DNA of 64,000 nucleotides. It comes from Oopsacas minuta. Taxonomy: Eukaryota; Animalia; Porifera. Below the pieces are notes generated by a model. That model ran no database searches, was not told where the DNA came from, and worked only from the letters and a program-made list of their open reading frames with translations. The stretch is taken from the NCBI GenBank assembly GCA_024704765.1, contig JAKMXF010000110.1:620001-684000 (forward strand), in the 5' to 3' direction. Positions 63,401 through 64,000 of this stretch are shown piece by piece (positions within the stretch are counted from its first letter, which is position 1; every line of letters starts with the position of its first letter). The translations under genes were made by a program, and so were the position numbers.

Positions 63401-64000
63401 ATGGTGTTTTGTAGTTGTACTTCTATTCCTAGTGATAAATAAACAAATAAACAAACTGATGAACATACAAACAAACAAACAAACAAACAAACAAACCTAG
63501 TAGTCTATTCAAGAACTTAGATACACTGTTGCTCTCCTTGTCTAGAGTAATCTTCCCTTTAGGAGTTCTAGACAGAATATCAACAGTTATGAGAGCATTT
63601 ATAGCAGCCTGTCTGGTGGATATATCAGCTGATCTGAGCGAACTAGCTAGTGGAGATACTCTCCCTATCAAACAACGGAGAAGAGAATCTAGAGCTAGGA
63701 GGCCGTCTCTTGTATCAAAGTTAAATCTACAAGAATAAAGAGCAAATTGTATTAGCAAGGGAAATTCGTGCAAATATGAATTCTAATTAATCGGAGAAGT
63801 CCAATGGAAAATTCTCTAAATTTTCGGAAGGAAGGGGTTACCTGGAGAAATCATTTGACTCGACACTAGCTGCTTTCCTGTCCCCTCTAGTCAGAGCCCC
63901 CAGACTCTCTAGTCTACGAGCTATGACAGATGCGAACCTCCTCTCACCAGCTAGCTCAGATATTAAGAATAGATATTGAGGGGGCATAGCTTGGTTAGAC
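34684..64000 (-). CDS. SBNO: Strawberry notch (SBNO) protein, 3' exons; gene continues beyond the window
   Basis: Exons >64000-63842, 63726-63497, 63428-63264, 58963-58680, 35142-34684, all GT-AG and phase-consistent; motifs [87 protein letters not shown] match recalled SBNO1 sequence in the right order. Confidence 0.9.
35304..36686 (-). CDS. RNF14: RBR E3 ubiquitin ligase with RWD domain (RNF14/ARA54-like), intronless
   Basis: 460 aa; RWD ([16 protein letters not shown]), RING1 [45 protein letters not shown]2 [24 protein letters not shown]. Confidence 0.88.
   Translation of the reverse strand: MDCNFELQHSELDTLKAIYGQDNILKIIQLTPTIRATLEIPCHFQTPQKIRIFTKKYVRTSLDSEKLQLDFIFTEFSLNYLPPIILEFEFPNNYPSNYGPSFHLTSKWLNFSQLSKLCRKLDTIWYENRGGTVLFDWFQFLTNDLFQFLDIQFPYTLNLEYPKESHDLRAIQDGILSSDLLEIVEHFNTSKLYEEFCQQQHYCAICMEYLPGTKCLQIRPCQHSFCKICLSKYLSTKIQEFSISILQCPQGNCNSLINNQILSQSVNKDLYARYDEFLFKRALEEMEDIVYCPLTICGSPSELQMADKSMAICLVCKYCFCPKCRRVYHGVSPCVFSKDKFKEIIQEYKQGNSMKKAFLERKYGKSVLEQMSSDIEDELWLQKNTKKCPKCKIHIEKIFGCSKVHCSNCGTHFCWLCHNILPPTNPYSHYVDPLVGGNCVNKLFYGITVEEFEAWRFELN
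37136..38338 (+). CDS. PIPOX: Peroxisomal sarcosine/L-pipecolate oxidase, intronless
   Basis: GxGxxG (VGAGVEG), [45 protein letters not shown]-terminal PTS1 AKL. Confidence 0.92.
   Translation: MDSTKNVYDAIVVGAGVEGAATGLFLAKKGVKTLILEQFGLYHTRGSSSGETRIIRKAYTEEIYVSMMAEAYKLWEEIEMEFGDKILNQCGGLIVGMSEASKEEIIRRSETNLEKYRIHYEMLDGREIRKRWPILRVENEVLGLWEPTMGMLYAKKAIKAMLSQFVKRGGEIQEYRKVVKMEQMGEKIGQNILKITTHNKEQFFCKKLILCTGPWTNHVLSLVNFKVPISPEKVIVPFWKILEQNTRGISLAEIPVFIFWGSKDVTFFNVMQEYEYPGYLKVALRGSIACDPDKRDSVDIDSITVPKLAQFITNTFPYGMLDTSSPGITEQCIYTMTPDSNSIIDQHPIHSNIYICCGFSGHGFKLAPVIGQLMSDMLYGTETKFDLKHFSLKRFKKAKL
39134..39436 (-). CDS. Small single-pass membrane protein (signal peptide, tiny ectodomain)
   Basis: 100 aa ATG ORF; hydrophobic N-terminus, one transmembrane segment, charged tail. 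Confidence 0.55.
   Translation of the reverse strand: MKFFLFLSIVLAFQLRFVDCLAKNQIFTYVVIPTIVFFAILCLFFFVMIVLLVYLKCSHIFSKYSQRRYDDKAKEVLSKHLVLKEFDLEKNVILKNVDLS
40170..40250. repeat. Dispersed repeat family F (GAGGTTCATTTGT...AATTCGCTCAA...CAGAAG)
   Basis: Similar stretches at about 45130, 46945-47030 and 62578-62660. Confidence 0.6.
40339..40680 (-). CDS. Small single-pass membrane protein with PPxY motif
   Basis: ATG 40680 (MEPLF); signal peptide, short ectodomain, Cys-flanked transmembrane segment, tail RPPTYS. Confidence 0.6.
   Translation of the reverse strand: MEPLFTVTLLLLFTIVTNTHALTHNELLAITTSVPNLLIALVTLLILCIVVFCVAKLMCIRRQMYQRQITDLEMQINTQTSEQPEEQPVETERPPTYSIAIDLYENEHTGETV
41181..41520. mobile_element. 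Full-length PIF/Harbinger (Tourist-like) MITE, family A type copy
   Basis: TTA-GGCCACTGTTAATGAGAAAC..CAGCTCCAC ... GTGGAGCTGAAACCTGTTTCCAACTAACAGTGGCC-TTA: ~35-bp terminal inverted repeats with TTA duplication. Confidence 0.85.
41693..43504 (+). CDS. CPNE: Copine (C2A, C2B, vWA) with Pro/Gly/Tyr-rich tail, intronless
   Basis: [77 protein letters not shown]. Confidence 0.93.
   Translation: MATASTVQPFFYDEDCTSTVEISISCSNLPKMDMFSDSDPFITVYQKEQGTFKKIGQTEVKQNTNNPKFDKVFQMQYHFEEEQILKFVCEDHDRIGKHDYIGDVQVRLGEIASSGEPVEFNLKHEGKLRGKIQLCAEEMSGLKAKIIFKVQCQKLDKKDFFGKSDPYFQIRKIREGKHPVVVFTSEVYKNTLNPTFKPFEIGMFILSSGDVNTPLRFDVFDWNLNSEPDPIGSFTTSLSEIGRGKEFPIINLEKQRKKGTKYKNSGIFQFLDVKTVPTHTFIEFLKGGLQIQLMVAIDFTGSNGNPADPRSLHYIGATDNEYIEAIKSVGNILVPYDSDQKIPVFGFGAKLPPHYEKAHHFFHLNGCSNPEVEGVEGILAAYRQTLAMCRLSGPTKFGDILKYAKDSAKNQVEEYSYTILLIITDGVIDDMTLSSDLIVESSTLPLSIVIVGVGGADFSNMHKLDADEIPLVHSRTGIKMKNDIVQFVPMREVKAKSQYFNLAKEVLEEVPGQVTTYMRCNNVEPRTSIARVFKTPYGEPEAPAYPVPGPYSSVPAVQQGYGTPYPPGPQGYPQGYGYGAPPPPAQGGGYPPHYVTPSAPPSN
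43574..43685. mobile_element. GTCCCG-rich hAT-like fragment
   Basis: Begins ATACCTGCCAACGTCCC; related stretches at about 45283-45425 and 30025-30085. Confidence 0.4.
43761..44699 (-). CDS. Short TRAF-like protein (half-RING, reduced fingers, compact MATH-like domain)
   Basis: 312 aa; CPVC-x15-[33 protein letters not shown]. Confidence 0.82.
   Translation of the reverse strand: MATNQQSSASAAPIEESICVTVETRGTRKSVRGYKKDMLHKLPSRVELVTCPVCQGILREALVLEGKTTCRNCCENEELAVPSVVMRESIEKFSWNCPFSKSGCDWTGGLGNLEIHIAECEFSAKCPYAKFGCSFQSANTNEMTDHKIESKAQHFEMKLAHLENENLALKEIQNYLKCQISAIVFIPNISKFVESLKMCFQGAEWRLKGHQITGSKGEMVGPDFYIKGYHLQLVGWVKDNLVLFRVRRISGEFDSCISPGILKYSSIDQLGKEKTINNTHNLRLDIDAETESIYQSKCTDSVNRFYFHIELC
45571..46500 (-). 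CDS. Short TRAF-like protein, tandem duplicate of 43761-44699
   Basis: ATG 46500 (MATNQQSS); duplicated unit of about 1.8 kb with near-identical 3' flank (43690 vs 45500). Confidence 0.82.
   Translation of the reverse strand: MATNQQSSAPIEETICVTVETRGRSKSFRGYKIDMLHQRPSSVELVTCPVCQGILREALVFEGKTTCRNCCENEELAVPSVVMRQGIETIPGKCPFSKSGCDWTGALGNLEIHIAECEFSVKCPYSKFGCSFESANTNEMTDHKIESKAQHFEMKLAHLENENLALKKIQNSLKCQISAIVFMPNISKFVESLKMCFQGAEWRLKGHQITGSKGEMVGPDFYIKGYHLQLVGRVEDNLVLFRVRRISGEFDSCISPGILKYSSIDQRSKEKTTNNTHNHRLDIGVLTEPIYQSKCTDSVNRFYFHIELC
47142..48074 (+). CDS. Short TRAF-like protein, inverted relative to 45571-46500
   Basis: ATG 47142 (MDVEF); CPSC-x15-CHDC; last 47 aa identical to the 45571 gene. 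Confidence 0.82.
   Translation: MDVEFREISDIQFKELVCVSRQDTGHGGYKKDLLCQNFSALEESLLLCPSCNGVMRDSSVWEGKTTCHDCCENTTNSACSVLHRKNINELQVKCPLEEGGCPWSGKLCDIKNHLALCKYLSVECHYAKFGCRFKSVIPGEVARHVTDSMFEHLEMRMNLIELDNAQLRNQNTSIKLQLNALMKKAPISKFVESLKMCLQGAEWSLKGHEIMGSKGEIVGPDFYIRGYHLQLVGQVEDNLVLFRVRRISGEFDSCISPGTLMYSSIDQRSKEKTTNNTHNHRLDIGVLTEPIYQSKCTDSVNRFYFHIELC
48267..48564. mobile_element. MITE family A copy, right end missing
   Basis: GGTCCATGTTAACGAGAAACTTGTTTCAGCTGCAC left end plus shared internal sequence. Confidence 0.7.
48594..48827 (-). CDS. Small single-pass membrane protein ending in YESLL
   Basis: 77 aa ATG ORF; N-terminal transmembrane segment, basic juxtamembrane stretch, C-terminal YxxL. Confidence 0.45.
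   Translation of the reverse strand: MHGVWAVFMLVPICSIFWTIIFCLLYAAIYSYGKTTSGRRYKILRWFVQKVEMTENEIENEEILRSDLRLAKYESLL
49326..49599 (+). CDS. Putative 60-aa two-exon protein (basic middle, hydrophobic C-terminus)
   Basis: Exons 49326-49461 and 49553-49599, GTAAGT donor and TTTTTAG acceptor, phase 1; not in the ORF track. Confidence 0.35.
49721..49866. mobile_element. Possible hAT-like MITE
   Basis: CAGGGGCGGACCCAGG left end; degenerate TAGATCCCACCCCAG right end. Confidence 0.35.
50119..51328 (+). CDS. Putative three-exon hypothetical protein, 149 aa
   Basis: Exons 50119-50311, 50793-51002, 51282-51328; GTGAGT and GTAAGT donors, phase 1-1, joins two track ORFs. Confidence 0.55.
51120..51258. 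mobile_element. MITE family A fragment in an intron
   Basis: GGAACTTGTTTCAGCTCCAC...CCTTTAACACGCTTAATTAACATATTTACAAG. Confidence 0.65.
51334..51414. repeat. (CAA)27 microsatellite
   Basis: Perfect trinucleotide run starting 5 nt after the 51328 stop. Confidence 0.97.
51556..51718. mobile_element. pogo-like MITE, second copy of 31666-31815
   Basis: TA-CAGGCAACTCCTGTTATA ... AAGTTGACTG-TA; shares CCCTTGAGCTTCG internal motif. Confidence 0.75.
52508..54541 (+). CDS. Tandem-exon-repeat Gly/Lys/Asp-rich protein with C-terminal CaaX
   Basis: Exons 52508-52940, 53004-53129, 53218-53445, 53504-53737, 53791-54045, 54117-54541, all phase 1; four homologous modules; ends SCPCSIL*. Confidence 0.8.
55153..55542 (+). 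CDS. Small single-pass membrane protein with multiple Tyr motifs
   Basis: ATG 55153 (MSLAC); Cys-rich transmembrane segment, tail YVPM, YAPL, YYEV. Confidence 0.6.
   Translation: MSLACTYVCYFGIPLLVTIICLPSFVFTLLCIICLVMRKRIFKANSQMKNEKKDQVSEADSEDRYVPMSKISVKKPKPEVPVRKFRVDNSKSGTTEGVNHYAPLMMITRVQGTRIESNEVYYEVMRGRV
55892..56116 (-). CDS. Small single-pass membrane protein
   Basis: 74 aa; signal peptide ending IHA, about 10-aa ectodomain, transmembrane segment, HKKK stop-transfer. Confidence 0.5.
   Translation of the reverse strand: MELIIMLLLSSIPTIHAQSADYTQTPAFAIVITLSVLICIAVTLCSSAIIVGYLWDIFHKKKAMAITTQQTSTT
56565..56876 (-). CDS. Small single-pass membrane protein with PPxY motif
   Basis: 103 aa; signal peptide, Cys-rich transmembrane segment, tail EEAPPAYE. 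Confidence 0.6.
   Translation of the reverse strand: MEKIFILLCLSLFSAGIVSADYSGDICLVCYFTYFVLPILICIGLISLPVICICVYCAWFHKQSPWKETPPGAGQEKIISSVQIEEAPPAYEGVNSNKSDCNV
57695..58193 (+). CDS. Two-exon small membrane protein with PPxY motif
   Basis: Exons 57695-57956 and 58075-58193 (GTAAGT/TTTTAG, phase 1); Cys-rich transmembrane segment, charged helix, tail [15 protein letters not shown]. Confidence 0.6.
59187..62432 (-). CDS. XPO1: Exportin-1 (CRM1), intronless, nested in an SBNO intron
   Basis: 1081 aa; [53 protein letters not shown]-type [58 protein letters not shown]. Confidence 0.98.
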   Translation of the reverse strand: MVSIAPSQYDLPDHATSLLEFKERLDVNLLDQVISCMLQGGGQHQHLAQQLLTRLKEHPDAWTRVDAILEYSSNEQTKYFALQILEGVIKTKWKALPHEQCDGIQKYIVALIIKISSEQPEMEKHRFYLNKLNVILVQIVKQEWPKNWPTFISDIVGASRTNESLCQNNMIILKLLSEEVFDFSSGQMTQAKSRHLKESMCSEFSEIFNLCVYVMDNSSSFGLVEATLQTLLKFLNWIPLGYIFETKLFTTLIYKFLQIPHFRNVTLKCLTEIASINNETYNEQFLLLFTLVTSQLKLLLPLSTNIREAYQSGRDDEQHFIQNLALFFSSFLREHGELLELKAELHNTLLEALHYLVLISEVDETEIFKICLDYWSILAQNLYKLRFRSLGAISGQASGQTGSATSLPGLALYEDILSRIRQVMISRMCKPEEVLIVENEQGEVVREFMKDTDAINMYKTMRETLVYLTHLNFINTEQIMTEKLARQVDGSEWSWKNLNTLCWAIGSISGSMHEEDEKRFLVTVIKELLSLCEMKRGKDNKAIIASNIMYIVGQYPRFLKAHWKFLKTVVNKLFEFMHETHEGVQDMACDTFIKIAQKCRRHFIMVQRGEAESYVEEILHNISGLICDLEPQQVHTFYEAVGYMISSQTDPDSQEKLIVKYMSLPNQIWEGIINRASRDIETLNEAEIIKQLAHILKTNVRACIAIGHAFITQLARIYMDMLNIYKVLSENISLAINANGPSIMKDPIIRSVRTVKKETLKLISSWVSRAEDPQLVRTNFLPPLLSAILLDYNKNVAEAREPEVLSCVTAIVDKLETSVTEDIPQILDSLFECTLEMINKDLEQYPEHRINFFKMLFSINKNCFEAFLHIPPQQFKLFLDSIIWAFKHTMRNVAEVGLSILFDLLKNVEPLEASQAFYQTYYMDLLNHLFSVATDLSHAHGLTMQCTILAYLFHIVEAGVIRVPLYEPVTHTQDPSIDNVRFVKERLANLFQTAYSHLQPTQIQVTIEGLFSFNRNVSVFKDHLRDFLVQIKEFSGEDDSQLYTEEKETEIRKAQEEKRTLQLTVPGIINPHDRPDESMEA

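Noticed and set aside
545-63738. Numerous 60-140 aa ORFs antisense to or overlapping the main genes
   Set aside because: Shadows of real CDS or exon read-through into introns; no independent motifs

Overview
AT-rich eukaryotic (animal) genomic DNA, gene-dense, with short spliceosomal introns and many intronless genes. A sponge, possibly a hexactinellid, is my inference from the TRAF and NHL expansions, not something the sequence proves. Two multi-exon minus-strand host genes were rebuilt by hand with phase-consistent GT-AG junctions. (1) An anoctamin/TMEM16 gene (13714-31435, 17 exons, 993 aa) whose two large introns hold TRAF-like, NHL-repeat and GPI-anchored ependymin-like genes. (2) The 3' part of a strawberry notch (SBNO) gene (34684 to beyond 64000), whose last intron is 23.5 kb and holds about 16 genes, and whose preceding 4.3 kb intron holds an intronless exportin-1. 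The window has 13 intact TRAF-like genes plus 3 pseudogenes/fragments. All intact copies share an invariant CxxC-x15-CxxC half-RING, and inverted pairs show gene-conversion-like mosaics. Also present: RPS8, an RNF14-type RBR ligase, PIPOX, a copine, seven small single-pass membrane proteins (five with PPxY or Yxx-hydrophobic tails), a tandem-exon CaaX protein, and Harbinger-, pogo- and hAT-like MITEs. Many genes have an unpaired splice-acceptor-like (T-rich YAG) site just before the ATG, which hints at spliced-leader trans-splicing or 5'UTR introns. No tRNA, rRNA or CRISPR array is supported. All family assignments come from recalled motifs; no database search was run.
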